Shown piece after piece: positions 36,821-46,507 of a stretch of 64,000 nt of DNA (the stretch's first letter is position 1; each line of letters begins with the position of its first letter). The position numbers and the translations under genes were made by a program. The notes beneath the pieces are model-generated. The model searched no databases, was not told the origin of the DNA, and saw only the letters and a list, made by a program, of their open reading frames with translations. The stretch lies in contig DATHUV010000088.1 in assembly GCA_035461905.1 (NCBI GenBank), positions 10,522 through 74,521 on the forward strand, read 5' to 3'. The stretch is from Acidimicrobiia bacterium (GTDB lineage Bacteria; Actinomycetota; Acidimicrobiia; Spongiisociales; UBA5794).

Positions 36821-39544
36821 ATGGACTTCCAGAATGATCCAGAGCTCGACCGTCTCTTCAAGGACGAGCTCGACGAGCGCTCCGCCTCGCTCGCGCAGGG
36901 CGCGAGCGCAATGGCAACCGGGGATCTGACCGCCGAGCTCGCGGGCCGAATGCTCCGCGAGGGCCACACGATCAAGGGCACAGGGCGCGTGATGGGATAC
37001 GAGGGCATCGCTCGTGGGGGCGAGACATGCGAACTCGTGTGGCGGTGGGTCCAGTCCGGCGACCTTGCGCCATCCTCGATGCTCGCCCGGACGCTCGAGC
37101 ATCTGGCCCAGGCGATTCCCGCCGCCCTCAGTGGTGGTGACCACGACATCTCCGTGGCCATCGACACCGTCCGCGCCCTCATCGCAGATCCCGACCTCGT
37201 GGCGAAGCTTCCTGAACCTCTCGAACTCGACGACGCCGCTTCAGCGATGCCGTCAAGTGGAGAGGTCGTCGAGCTACACGTCGAGCCTTTGCCGGTCGAG
37301 CCTCCGGCCGTCCCGGTGCCCGAGCCCGACGCGGGGGCGACGCTCATCGCAGATGACAGCACTGCGGAAACCGCGGACCCGACGGAACCTTCGGAACCCG
37401 CGGAACCTGCGGAACCTGTGGGTGCGATCGATGAGGCCAAGCTGGCGGGGTCAGAGGAGATCGGCTCCATCGAGGCCGATGACGTCTCCGACATATCGGC
37501 GACACTCGACGAGATCGAGCGGTCCATCGACGCCGAGCAGGAGCAGGAACGGGATCCGACCGGCGAACCCGAAGTCGCGGACCAGGCTGGCGTGGCGTCG
37601 GACCCTGAGCACCCGTCGGACCGGACCGAGGAAACGTCGGGCCCGGAGGAACCAGCGGAGCGATACGTCGAACCTGCGAGTGCCAGCGACGCGCCTGAGG
37701 GACCCGATGTCGCCGACGACAGTGGACCCCTCGTGTTCGAGCCCGGACCGGACGGCAAGCTGCCGACGCCGGTGATCACGTACGAGATCGTCAGTTCTGC
37801 CTTCTCATCCTCGGCGGCCCGGATAGAGCCTTCGCCAGGCGTTCACGTGCCGCCGAGTCTGTCCGTCGTCGAGCAGGCGACATCGGTACTCGACCCCGGT
37901 GCGGGAGCCGTCTACGACCTCGGCGGCCTCGTCGGCGCGGTCGAGACATGGGCAACGGAGGAGTCCGTCCCGGTCAATGCAGGGCGGCTCTTCAGGATGA
38001 TCAACGACGTCGCCGCCCTCCGCATCGACCTCGAGTCGGCAATGAGCCAGGCGACCCACCTCCTCCAGGGTGCGCAGGGCATCTCGGCTGCGGCTATGGA
38101 GGGATCACTCGAGTCGCTCGAGACCGTGCGCAGGGCGAGCGTCGATCTCGAAGGAGCAGCGCTCGGTCTCACGGCGACTCCGCTCTCGGGAGTCACGTCG
38201 ACGCTTCCTCAGCTGACCAAATACCTCTCCAAGAAGGTCCAGAGGGACGTGGATCTCGTCGTCAACGGCGAGGAGACAACCGTTGATCGGCAGCTCGTCG
38301 ACCGCATCGGTGAGGTGATCCGGCAACTCGTGGTGAACGCGGTGGCCCACGGCATCGAGTCTCCCGTCGATCGGGCCGCGACGGGAAAGGCGTCCCAGGG
38401 GCTCGTGACAGTCTCCCTCAGCCGGAACGCGGAGCACGTCCAGATCGTTGTGAGCGACGACGGCGCAGGGATCGACTGGAAGGCCGTTCGCGAGACCGCC
38501 GTCGCCCGAGGTCTCGTGAGCGACGATCCGACCACGGAGGACCTGCGCAGCATCCTCTATTCGTCAGGGTTCTCGACCGATCCGGGCGTGACGGAGTTCA
38601 CCGGGGACGGGGAGGGGCTCGCGCGCGTCACCGAGATCGTGGAGCAGGTATTCGGAACGCTGACACTCGACTCCACTCCGGGCCGTGGAACGACCTTCGT
38701 CGTCACGATGCCGGCCCACCGTGCGCTCCAGAGCGCACAGATCTTCTCCGCGGGCGGGCGGTCATGGGGCATCCCCGCATCCTCGGTGTCCGACATCGTC
38801 GGCCTCCCCGAGGTGTCGATCGTCGTGAACGAACGAGGCAGCTTCATCGTGCGCGGCGACGACTCGATTCCGTACTCCTCGTTCGCCACCGTCGTCGGGC
38901 TCGACGTCGAAGGCCTGCCCTCCCAGGTGATGGTCATCCAGAGCCCAACGGGTCTCATCGCCCTCGCAGTGGACGACGTGTCGGACCTTCGTCAGGTGGC
39001 TACGAAGGACCTGAGCCCGCTGCTCAGCGGTTCGTCATCCGTCGTGTCGGGTGTCGCCCTCCTCGGAGGTGACGAGACCGTGATGCTCGTCGACGCCGGC
39101 AGGCTGGCCGACAAGATGCGAGATGTAGAGGTCCGACCCGCGGGACCCGTGCACTCGGTGCTCGTCGTCGATGACAGCCAGGGCGTCCGTCAGGTCGTCT
39201 CCGGTGTGTTGGCGTCCCACGGGTTCTCGACCCTTTCCGCCGGGAGCGTCTCTGATGCGCTTGCGGTGCTCGCCAAGCACAGCGTCGATGCCCTTGTCGT
39301 TGACTTCTCGATGCCACGCGCCGACGGTGTCGCCCTCGTCCACATGGTGCGTCAACGGTACGGGGACATCCCCGTGGTCATGCTCTCGGGGGTCGCATCG
39401 GACGAGGACCGCACTCGTGCCGAACGGGCAGGTGCTGACGCGTTCTTCGACAAGGCGGACTTCGCAAAAGGTGCCCTCGTAGACAAGCTGAGGGAACTGA
39501 TCGCAACCGAACCCGCGAACGCCGAAGCCGGTATGGCAAGCTGA
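36821..39544 (+). CDS. CheA-like hybrid histidine kinase (Hpt - acidic linker - dimerization/HATPase - CheW-like - receiver)
   Basis: ORF 36797..39544 (GTG 36797 or ATG 36821). The Hpt domain has EGHTIKGTGRVMG. About 250 aa of acidic Pro/Glu-rich linker follow. There is a P3-like VPVNAGRLFRMINDVAALRIDLE, and HATPase motifs NAVAHGIE, DDGAGID, GDGEGLARV and TPGRGTTF. A CheW-like segment follows, then the receiver VLVVDDSQGVRQV...VVDFSMPRADG. Confidence 0.8.
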   Translation: MDFQNDPELDRLFKDELDERSASLAQGASAMATGDLTAELAGRMLREGHTIKGTGRVMGYEGIARGGETCELVWRWVQSGDLAPSSMLARTLEHLAQAIPAALSGGDHDISVAIDTVRALIADPDLVAKLPEPLELDDAASAMPSSGEVVELHVEPLPVEPPAVPVPEPDAGATLIADDSTAETADPTEPSEPAEPAEPVGAIDEAKLAGSEEIGSIEADDVSDISATLDEIERSIDAEQEQERDPTGEPEVADQAGVASDPEHPSDRTEETSGPEEPAERYVEPASASDAPEGPDVADDSGPLVFEPGPDGKLPTPVITYEIVSSAFSSSAARIEPSPGVHVPPSLSVVEQATSVLDPGAGAVYDLGGLVGAVETWATEESVPVNAGRLFRMINDVAALRIDLESAMSQATHLLQGAQGISAAAMEGSLESLETVRRASVDLEGAALGLTATPLSGVTSTLPQLTKYLSKKVQRDVDLVVNGEETTVDRQLVDRIGEVIRQLVVNAVAHGIESPVDRAATGKASQGLVTVSLSRNAEHVQIVVSDDGAGIDWKAVRETAVARGLVSDDPTTEDLRSILYSSGFSTDPGVTEFTGDGEGLARVTEIVEQVFGTLTLDSTPGRGTTFVVTMPAHRALQSAQIFSAGGRSWGIPASSVSDIVGLPEVSIVVNERGSFIVRGDDSIPYSSFATVVGLDVEGLPSQVMVIQSPTGLIALAVDDVSDLRQVATKDLSPLLSGSSSVVSGVALLGGDETVMLVDAGRLADKMRDVEVRPAGPVHSVLVVDDSQGVRQVVSGVLASHGFSTLSAGSVSDALAVLAKHSVDALVVDFSMPRADGVALVHMVRQRYGDIPVVMLSGVASDEDRTRAERAGADAFFDKADFAKGALVDKLRELIATEPANAEAGMAS
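37382..37417 (+). repeat. four tandem in-frame 9-nt repeats (NCGGAACCN) inside the kinase linker
   Basis: ACGGAACCT TCGGAACCC GCGGAACCT GCGGAACCT, encoding TEP-SEP-AEP-AEP. Confidence 0.85.
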
Positions 39545-39576
39545 GGAGTCGCAGATCGGCGCAGGTCCATGGTCGG

Positions 39577-39582
39577 TACACT
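39577..39582 (+). promoter_or_regulatory. candidate -10 box (TACACT) 8 nt upstream of the pcrA ATG (leaderless-type)
   Basis: TACACT-CGCTTGGC-ATG. There is no Shine-Dalgarno sequence between the box and the start. Confidence 0.35.
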
Positions 39583-39590
39583 CGCTTGGC

Positions 39591-41771
39591 ATGTCCGAAT
39601 CGCCCCTTTTCGCCTCCCTGAACCCGACCCAGCGCGAAGCCGTAGCTGCCACTGAGGGTCCCGTGCTCGTCGTTGCGGGTGCCGGGTCCGGCAAGACGCG
39701 CGTCCTGACGTATCGGATCGCCCACATGGTGCGCGACCTGGACGTGTCCCCGTACGAGATCCTCGCCATCACGTTCACGAACAAGGCTGCCGGGGAGATG
39801 AAACGCAGGGTCGAGATGCTCGTTGGACGGGTCGCCTACGACATGTGGGTGTCGACCTTCCACTCTGCGTGCGTCCGCATCCTGCGTCAGGAGATCAGCC
39901 GGTTCGGGTATCGCACGTCGTTCACGATCTACGACGAGGGCGATTCGAATCGACTGATCACGATGTGCATCAAGGACCTCGACCTCGACCCGAAACGCTT
40001 CCCGCCACGACAGATCAAAGCAGCCATCTCGAAGGCCAAGAACGAGCTCGTCGACCACGAGACCTTCGCCTCGCGTGATTCGGGTTACTACCACGAGAAG
40101 GCATCCGACATCTACCGCCTGTATCAGCAGCGGTTGGTCGAGGCCTCAGCCCTCGACTTCGACGACATCCTCAAGCTCACCGTCGAGCTGTTCCAGGCAT
40201 TCCCCGACGTGCTGGAACGCTGGCAGAACCGCTTCCGGTACGTCCTTGTCGATGAGTACCAGGACACCAACCACGCCCAGTACATGCTGGTGAAACTCCT
40301 CGCAGGGCGCCATCGCAATATCTGCGTCGTCGGGGACTCGGATCAGTCGATCTACGCGTTCCGTGGTGCTGACATGCGCAACATCATGGAGTTCGAGAAG
40401 GACTATCCCGATGCCCGGATCATCCTGCTCGAGCAGAACTACCGGTCGACCCAGACGATCCTCGATGCCGCGAATGCCGTGATCGCGAACAACGTCGGGC
40501 GGAAACCGAAACGATTGTGGACCGATGAGGGCGAGGGCGAGCGCATCGTCGTGTTCGAGGCCGAGGACGAGCACGAAGAAGCCGCGTACATCGCCGAGGA
40601 GATCGCTCGCCTGCAGGATCTCGGGAAGCGGCTCGAGGACGTTGCCGTCTTCTATCGGACGAACGCCCAGTCCCGCGTCATCGAGGAGCTCTTCGTTCGC
40701 TTCGGCGTGACCTACCAAGTAGTGGGGGGTCTGAAGTACTACGACCGACGGGAAGTCAAGGATGCCCTTGCGTACCTTCGAGCCGTGGTCAACCCGGACG
40801 ACCAGGTCTCCCTCAAGCGGATCATCAATGCCCCCAAGCGCTCGATCGGCGACACGTCGGTTGCCCACGTCGACCGACATGCCGAGGCGAACGGCATGGC
40901 GTTCATGGAGGCACTTCGTGACGCAAGGAACATCCACGCCCTCACGACGAGGGCACAGAACGCAATCCTCGACTTCGTCGCCCTGATGGACATCGTCTCG
41001 GTCAAGGCATCGAGCGGCCCGGGTGCCGCGGTCGATGCGGTCCTCAACGACACCGGATACCTCGATGCCATTCGGGCCGAACGCACGATCGAGGCCATGG
41101 GCCGGGAAGAGAACCTCAGGGAGCTCCTGAGCGCAGCCGCCGAGTTCGAGGAGACCGGGCCGGCATCGATGGGTCCCTCGGAATGGAACGCGCTCGACGG
41201 GATCGGAAAGCTCGAGATGTTCCTCGAGGCCATCAGCCTCGTCACCGATCTCGATGGGATCGACGAGTCCGACGCCGTCACCCTCATGACGCTCCACAAC
41301 GCGAAGGGTCTCGAGTTCCCGGCGGTGTTCCTCACCGGACTCGAGGATGGGGTGTTCCCCCACATGCGTGCCCTCGGAGACCCTCGCGAGCTCGAAGAGG
41401 AGCGCCGGCTGTGTTACGTCGGGGTCACGAGAGCCGAGGAGCGGCTCTACCTGACCCGGGCGTGGAGCAGGAACCTCTGGGGTCAGAACAACTACAACGG
41501 CCCGAGCCGGTTCCTCGGCGAGATCCCCGATCACCTGACATCGAAAGCGAAGCGGACCCGCCGGAGCAGGACCCTCGAGGCCCGGTCACCCGTGGCGACC
41601 GTGTCCGACTCCGACATCGAGACGGGGGACAGGGTTCGCCACTCCCACTGGGGTGAGGGGACGGTCCGCGAAATCGTCGGAACGGGCGATCGCGCCGAAG
41701 CCGTCGTCGTGTTCAACGGGCACGGAGCAAAGCGGCTGCTGCTGGCGTGGGCGCCCCTCGAGAAGGTGTGA
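39591..41771 (+). CDS. pcrA: ATP-dependent DNA helicase PcrA/UvrD
   Basis: 726 aa. AGAGSGKT Walker A, DEYQDTN, TLHNAKGLEF, YVGVTRA and a C-terminal Tudor-like tail. Confidence 0.93.
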   Translation: MSESPLFASLNPTQREAVAATEGPVLVVAGAGSGKTRVLTYRIAHMVRDLDVSPYEILAITFTNKAAGEMKRRVEMLVGRVAYDMWVSTFHSACVRILRQEISRFGYRTSFTIYDEGDSNRLITMCIKDLDLDPKRFPPRQIKAAISKAKNELVDHETFASRDSGYYHEKASDIYRLYQQRLVEASALDFDDILKLTVELFQAFPDVLERWQNRFRYVLVDEYQDTNHAQYMLVKLLAGRHRNICVVGDSDQSIYAFRGADMRNIMEFEKDYPDARIILLEQNYRSTQTILDAANAVIANNVGRKPKRLWTDEGEGERIVVFEAEDEHEEAAYIAEEIARLQDLGKRLEDVAVFYRTNAQSRVIEELFVRFGVTYQVVGGLKYYDRREVKDALAYLRAVVNPDDQVSLKRIINAPKRSIGDTSVAHVDRHAEANGMAFMEALRDARNIHALTTRAQNAILDFVALMDIVSVKASSGPGAAVDAVLNDTGYLDAIRAERTIEAMGREENLRELLSAAAEFEETGPASMGPSEWNALDGIGKLEMFLEAISLVTDLDGIDESDAVTLMTLHNAKGLEFPAVFLTGLEDGVFPHMRALGDPRELEEERRLCYVGVTRAEERLYLTRAWSRNLWGQNNYNGPSRFLGEIPDHLTSKAKRTRRSRTLEARSPVATVSDSDIETGDRVRHSHWGEGTVREIVGTGDRAEAVVVFNGHGAKRLLLAWAPLEKV

Positions 41772-41772
41772 C

Positions 41773-42546
41773 TCACACCGGCTCGAGCCGCTGGTCGGGA
41801 GTGAAGGCGCGCCGTGCCGACACCAGCGCGACGACGACCGTTGAGACGGCCACGGACCCCAGTACCAGGTACATCACAACCAGTTGGATGATGGCTGCCT
41901 CAAACGGCTCCACACCCGCGATCAGGAGGCCCGTGAACGCACCGGGCAGGGCGATCAACCCGACGACCTTGGTTCGTTCGATCTGGGGAATGAGGCTCAC
42001 ACGGGTCGCCTCGGCGACGATGTACCGGGTCGAACGGCGAGCATCGATGCCGAGCGCCAGCATGCCTTCGATGACGAGGCGACCATCCGAAAGCTGCTTG
42101 CGGACCTGATCAGCAGCGAGCACCGTCGCCGGGAGGACGTTCCCGATCGTGATTCCAGCGACGACGATCGCTTGGATGGGTTCGAGGGGGAGCACACCGA
42201 ATCCGAACACGACGAGGAGCGAGAGGGCCGTAGAGGCTGAAATCGCCAGCGCCGCGGGAAGGATCACCGTGGAGCGACCGGCTCTTGCGCCCACCGATCT
42301 GGCAGCAACGATCACCATGCCGACGATCCATATCGGCGCGAGGACATCGTCCCATTCGGTGTCGACGATGAGCGTGAGGACGATGCCGACGGCGATGAGT
42401 TGCACTGCAGCACGCGCTGATGCCCACGCTATCGACCGCTCGACATCCAGGCCGAGCCACGAGGACATCCCCATCGCGACTGCTACCAGTACGACCGAGG
42501 CAGCGAGGACCACGATGGGGCTCGTGTCGAGGATCGAGGTTTCCAT
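41773..42546 (-). CDS. FetB/YbbM-type (UPF0014) ABC transporter permease
   Basis: C-terminal 258 codons of ORF 41773..43422, starting METSILDTSPIVVLAASVVL (ATG 42546). Multi-TM, with ...IERTKVVGLIALPGAFTGLL... typical of FetB-like permeases (from memory). Confidence 0.65.
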   Translation of the reverse strand: METSILDTSPIVVLAASVVLVAVAMGMSSWLGLDVERSIAWASARAAVQLIAVGIVLTLIVDTEWDDVLAPIWIVGMVIVAARSVGARAGRSTVILPAALAISASTALSLLVVFGFGVLPLEPIQAIVVAGITIGNVLPATVLAADQVRKQLSDGRLVIEGMLALGIDARRSTRYIVAEATRVSLIPQIERTKVVGLIALPGAFTGLLIAGVEPFEAAIIQLVVMYLVLGSVAVSTVVVALVSARRAFTPDQRLEPV

Positions 42547-42601
42547 GGCTCGCCGATTGTTGCACGTCCGCGCACTCGTGGATGGCGGGTAGCGTCCCAT
42601 C

Positions 42602-43105
42602 ATGCGTGCTGAGTGTCGCCCGATCGTGCTCATCGGACCCATGGGTGCAGGCAAGACGACGATAGGGGCCCTTCTCGCCGCCAGGCTCGATCGGCCATTC
42701 GTCGACTCCGACGCATCGATCCTCACCGATCTCGGCGAGACGGGCGCAGTGATCGCCGACCGACGCGGCGTCGAGGCGCTCCACCAGATCGAACTCGCTG
42801 TGTGCTTGGACGTTCTCGGTCGGGGCGAGGCCCTGGTCTTCGCCGCTGCCGAGAGCGTGGTGGAGTCAGCGGATGCCCGCGTCCTGTTGAAGGGCGCGTT
42901 CACGGTGTGGATCGACGCGGATCCGGTCGCGCTGATGGGGAGGAGGGATCCTGCCGACCATCGTCGGATGATGGATCGGGCTGAATTCGCCGAGCGACGT
43001 GCGTCGAGGGAAGCACTCCTGGCGTCGTGCACCAGGGTCAGGGTCGACACGTCCGAGGGGAGCGCAGAGGAAGCGGTTACAGCGATTCTCGACTGCCTCA
43101 CCTGA
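42602..43105 (+). CDS. shikimate kinase-like P-loop protein (divergent)
   Basis: 167 aa. IVLIGPMGAGKTTIGALLAARLDRPFVDSDASI matches the AroK N-terminus. Downstream substrate-binding motifs look degenerate (see findings). Confidence 0.55.
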   Translation: MRAECRPIVLIGPMGAGKTTIGALLAARLDRPFVDSDASILTDLGETGAVIADRRGVEALHQIELAVCLDVLGRGEALVFAAAESVVESADARVLLKGAFTVWIDADPVALMGRRDPADHRRMMDRAEFAERRASREALLASCTRVRVDTSEGSAEEAVTAILDCLT

Positions 43106-43180
43106 CGCGTGCGCGAGGGCCCCGCTGGCCGATATCGTTGGCCGCCGTGGTACGGGCGCTCGATCCCGGAGTCCCACGAG

Positions 43181-44203
43181 ATGTCCCTCACGCATTCACC
43201 AGGAGTCGAAGTGTCATCACCGATCATCGAGGCCGAGGGTCTGACGAAGTCATTTGGCGACGTCCACGCCCTCAAGGGTGTTGACCTCACGGTCGAGGCG
43301 GGAACCGTCTTCGGGCTCCTCGGTCCGAATGGCGCCGGCAAGACCACAATGGTGCGAATCCTGACCACCCTGCTCGCTCCAGATGCCGGGTGGGCACGGG
43401 TTGCCGGATACGACGTTGTCACCCAACGAGGGCCGCTCCGTCGTCAGATCGGGCTCGCCGGTCAGTACGCCGCCGTCGACGAGATTCTCACCGGGCGTGA
43501 GAACCTGATCATGGTCGGCCGGCTCTACCGGTTGGCGATCGCCGAGGCGAAGGCCCGCGCCGACGAGATCCTCGAACGGTTCGACCTCACCGACGCCCGT
43601 GACCGGCAGGTCAAGACGTACTCCGGCGGCATGAGGCGCAGACTCGACCTCGCGGCGAGCCTCGTCGGTCGTCCCCAGGTTCTGTTCCTCGATGAGCCGA
43701 CGACCGGACTCGACCCGAGGAGTCGCCTGGGCCTCTGGGATTTCATCGAGGACCTCGTTGCCGAAGGTACGACACTCCTGTTGACCACCCAGTACCTGGA
43801 GGAGGCAGACCGCCTCGCCAACCGGATCGCCGTGATCGACCACGGAACGGTGATTGCTGAAGGTACCAGCACCGACCTGAAGGGAACGATCGGCGGTGAC
43901 GTCCTCGAGCTCGAGCTCGCTGATCCGGGTCAGCTCGAAGCTGCCGTGGCCGCCCTCTCCGGCATGTGTTGCGGCGAACCGACGATCGAGCACCTCACGA
44001 CCACGGTGAGGATCCCGGTGGAGTCCGCCGTCGGAACCATTACCGATGCGGTGCGCAGAATCGACGCAGCGGGCATCGGACTCGTCGACATCGCTGTTCA
44101 TCGTCCAACCCTCGACGATGTGTTCCTCAGCCTGACGGGTGAGCACGTGGACCAGGTGACAGACGAAGGTTCGCCGTTGGAGCCTTCGAGGAGCCACTCG
44201 TGA
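43181..44203 (+). CDS. ABC transporter ATP-binding protein (DrrA/daunorubicin-resistance type)
   Basis: ORF 43109..44203. Start at ATG 43181. GPNGAGKTT, YSGGMRRRLDLA and LFLDEPTTGLD motifs. Confidence 0.88.
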   Translation: MSLTHSPGVEVSSPIIEAEGLTKSFGDVHALKGVDLTVEAGTVFGLLGPNGAGKTTMVRILTTLLAPDAGWARVAGYDVVTQRGPLRRQIGLAGQYAAVDEILTGRENLIMVGRLYRLAIAEAKARADEILERFDLTDARDRQVKTYSGGMRRRLDLAASLVGRPQVLFLDEPTTGLDPRSRLGLWDFIEDLVAEGTTLLLTTQYLEEADRLANRIAVIDHGTVIAEGTSTDLKGTIGGDVLELELADPGQLEAAVAALSGMCCGEPTIEHLTTTVRIPVESAVGTITDAVRRIDAAGIGLVDIAVHRPTLDDVFLSLTGEHVDQVTDEGSPLEPSRSHS

Positions 44204-45030
44204 CGGCCTCCACCGCACCATCGCCGCCACCTTTCGTCGAGCAAGAGGTGAACACGGGTACCGGACCGATCTGGGTTGTCCTCGACACGGTGGTCATCAT
44301 GCAGAGGAACCTGCTCAAGTACGTCAGGGTTCCCACCCTCCTCGTGTTCTCGACCGTCCAGCCCATCATGTTCGTGCTGCTGTTCGCGTTCGTCTTCGGC
44401 GGCGCGATCGCGCTTCCGGGGATCGACTACATCGACTTCCTTATGGCGGGCATCTTCATCCAGACCTCGGTGTTCGGCTCCACGAACACCGGTATCGGAC
44501 TTGCCGAGGACATGAACAGGGGTCTGATCGACCGGTTCCGGTCCCTTCCGATGAGCCGGTCCGCCGTGCTCGCCGGTCGCACCCTCTCGGACTCGGTGAG
44601 GAACCTCTTCGTCGTGTCCCTGATGGTCGCCGTCGGGTATGTCATAGGGTTCAACTTCCAGAACGGCTTCGTCAACGCGGTCCTCGCCATCGTCCTGGTG
44701 ATGCTGTTCGGCTATGCGTTCACCTGGATCTCGGCCACGATCGGGCTGGCCATCAAGGATGTCGAGTCGGTCCAGGCGGCCAGTTTCATCTGGCTGTTCC
44801 CGCTGACCTTTGCGTCATCGGCATTCGTGCCGGTGGAGACCATGCCAGATTGGTTGGCATGGTTTGCACGAAACAACCCGGTCACCCATGCGGTGAACGG
44901 TGCTCGCTATCTCATTGTCGGCGAACCATGGGGATTCCAGGCGGACGTGTTCAAGGCCCTGGCGTGGGTGGCGATCCTGCTCGCCGTGTTCGTGCCACTC
45001 GCCGTCGGCCGATATCGAAAGGCCGTGTGA
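44200..45030 (+). CDS. ABC-2 type transporter permease (DrrB-like)
   Basis: 276 aa with six predicted TM segments. 4-nt overlap with the ATPase gene. Confidence 0.82.
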   Translation: MTASTAPSPPPFVEQEVNTGTGPIWVVLDTVVIMQRNLLKYVRVPTLLVFSTVQPIMFVLLFAFVFGGAIALPGIDYIDFLMAGIFIQTSVFGSTNTGIGLAEDMNRGLIDRFRSLPMSRSAVLAGRTLSDSVRNLFVVSLMVAVGYVIGFNFQNGFVNAVLAIVLVMLFGYAFTWISATIGLAIKDVESVQAASFIWLFPLTFASSAFVPVETMPDWLAWFARNNPVTHAVNGARYLIVGEPWGFQADVFKALAWVAILLAVFVPLAVGRYRKAV

Positions 45031-45130
45031 CGCAACATTGGCTTCGGCATCACATGGGCGCACCGACGGCCGTATCGTTCCGTGAACCGTGGATCCGGCC
45101 GCACCACGTGATCCGGGAGTGAGGTACGAC

Positions 45131-46507
45131 ATGCTGACGAGATCCGACTTCCCGACCGATTTCGCCTGGGGCGTCGCTGCCTCGGCGTATCAGATCGAAG
45201 GCGCCGTTGCCGAGGGAGGGAGAAGTCCCTCGATCTGGGACACCTTCTCCCATTCGCCGGGCCGAACCTTCGAGGGTCATACCGGCGACATGGGAGCCGA
45301 CCACTACCACCGCTTCGTCGAGGACGTCGCGATCATGGCCGAGCTCGGCGTGAATGCCTACCGCCTGTCCCTGTCGTGGTCGAGGATCCTCCCCGAAGGC
45401 GTCGGTGAGGTCAATGCGGAGGGCATCGACTTCTACCGGACGCTCTGTGGGCTGATGGGCGAAAAGGGGATCACCCCCTTCGTCACCCTGTATCACTGGG
45501 ATCTGCCCGAGATCCTCCACCAGCGTGGGGGATGGGAGAACCCTGACTCGGTCGAGTGGTTCACCGAGTACGCCGTCGCAGCCAAGGAGCATCTCGGGGA
45601 TCTCGTGAAGGTCTGGGCGACCTTCAACGAGCCGCACTGCACGGCGTTCCTCGGGTACAGCGATGGTGTGCATGCCCCCGGAGTCACGGACCCCGGTGCT
45701 GCGTACGTCGTGGCGCACCACCTCATGGTCGCCCACCACCGAGCCAGCGCGGCGATGCGGACGACCAGACCGAGCGACGACGACCGGATCGGAATCGTCC
45801 TGAACCTGATTCCTGCATGGGCTGAGGACTCGAGCGTAGAGGCCCAGACTGCTGCCGATGGTGTCGACGCGATCCACAACAGGTTGTTCGCTTCGGCGGT
45901 GCTCGACGGTGAGTATCCGGACGCCGTGCTGCGGTCCGTGGAGCGGTTCGGGGTGACGGATCGCATCGACACCGACCTCCTGGCACGTGTGAAGGTGCCC
46001 ATCGACTACCTCGGGGTGAATTACTACAACGTCAACCACATCGCCGCCGAGGAGGGTGCACCGATGATCGGTCAGTGGCCGGGCGCCGAGGATGCCGTCC
46101 TCATGCGTCCGCCCGGTCATCTCACCGACATGGACTGGGGTGTGGAGCCGGTGGCGTTGACCTGGATGCTCAACCGTGTGACCCAATGGGCACCCGGACT
46201 GCCCCTGTATGTCACCGAGAACGGCGCCGCCTATCCGGACGTGCCGGACGCGAACGGCGTCGTCCACGACGATCTTCGCCGTGAGTACATCGAGGCCCAC
46301 ATCGCCGCGATCCACGATGCGATCGAGGAAGGCGCCGACGTTCGCGGCTACTTCGTCTGGTCCCTGCTCGACAACTTCGAATGGTCGCACGGCTACCGGA
46401 TGCGATTCGGCATCGTCAGGGTCGACTACGAGACGATGGAGCGCACCATCAAGGACAGCGGCCGCTGGTATCAGAGGTTCCTCGCCGGGGACGCATCGAT
46501 CGTCTGA
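45131..46507 (+). CDS. GH1 beta-glucosidase
   Basis: ORF 45089..46507. Starts MLTRSDFPTDFAWGVAASAYQIEGA (ATG 45131). Acid/base TFNEP and nucleophile YVTENGAA motifs. Confidence 0.92.
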   Translation: MLTRSDFPTDFAWGVAASAYQIEGAVAEGGRSPSIWDTFSHSPGRTFEGHTGDMGADHYHRFVEDVAIMAELGVNAYRLSLSWSRILPEGVGEVNAEGIDFYRTLCGLMGEKGITPFVTLYHWDLPEILHQRGGWENPDSVEWFTEYAVAAKEHLGDLVKVWATFNEPHCTAFLGYSDGVHAPGVTDPGAAYVVAHHLMVAHHRASAAMRTTRPSDDDRIGIVLNLIPAWAEDSSVEAQTAADGVDAIHNRLFASAVLDGEYPDAVLRSVERFGVTDRIDTDLLARVKVPIDYLGVNYYNVNHIAAEEGAPMIGQWPGAEDAVLMRPPGHLTDMDWGVEPVALTWMLNRVTQWAPGLPLYVTENGAAYPDVPDANGVVHDDLRREYIEAHIAAIHDAIEEGADVRGYFVWSLLDNFEWSHGYRMRFGIVRVDYETMERTIKDSGRWYQRFLAGDASIV

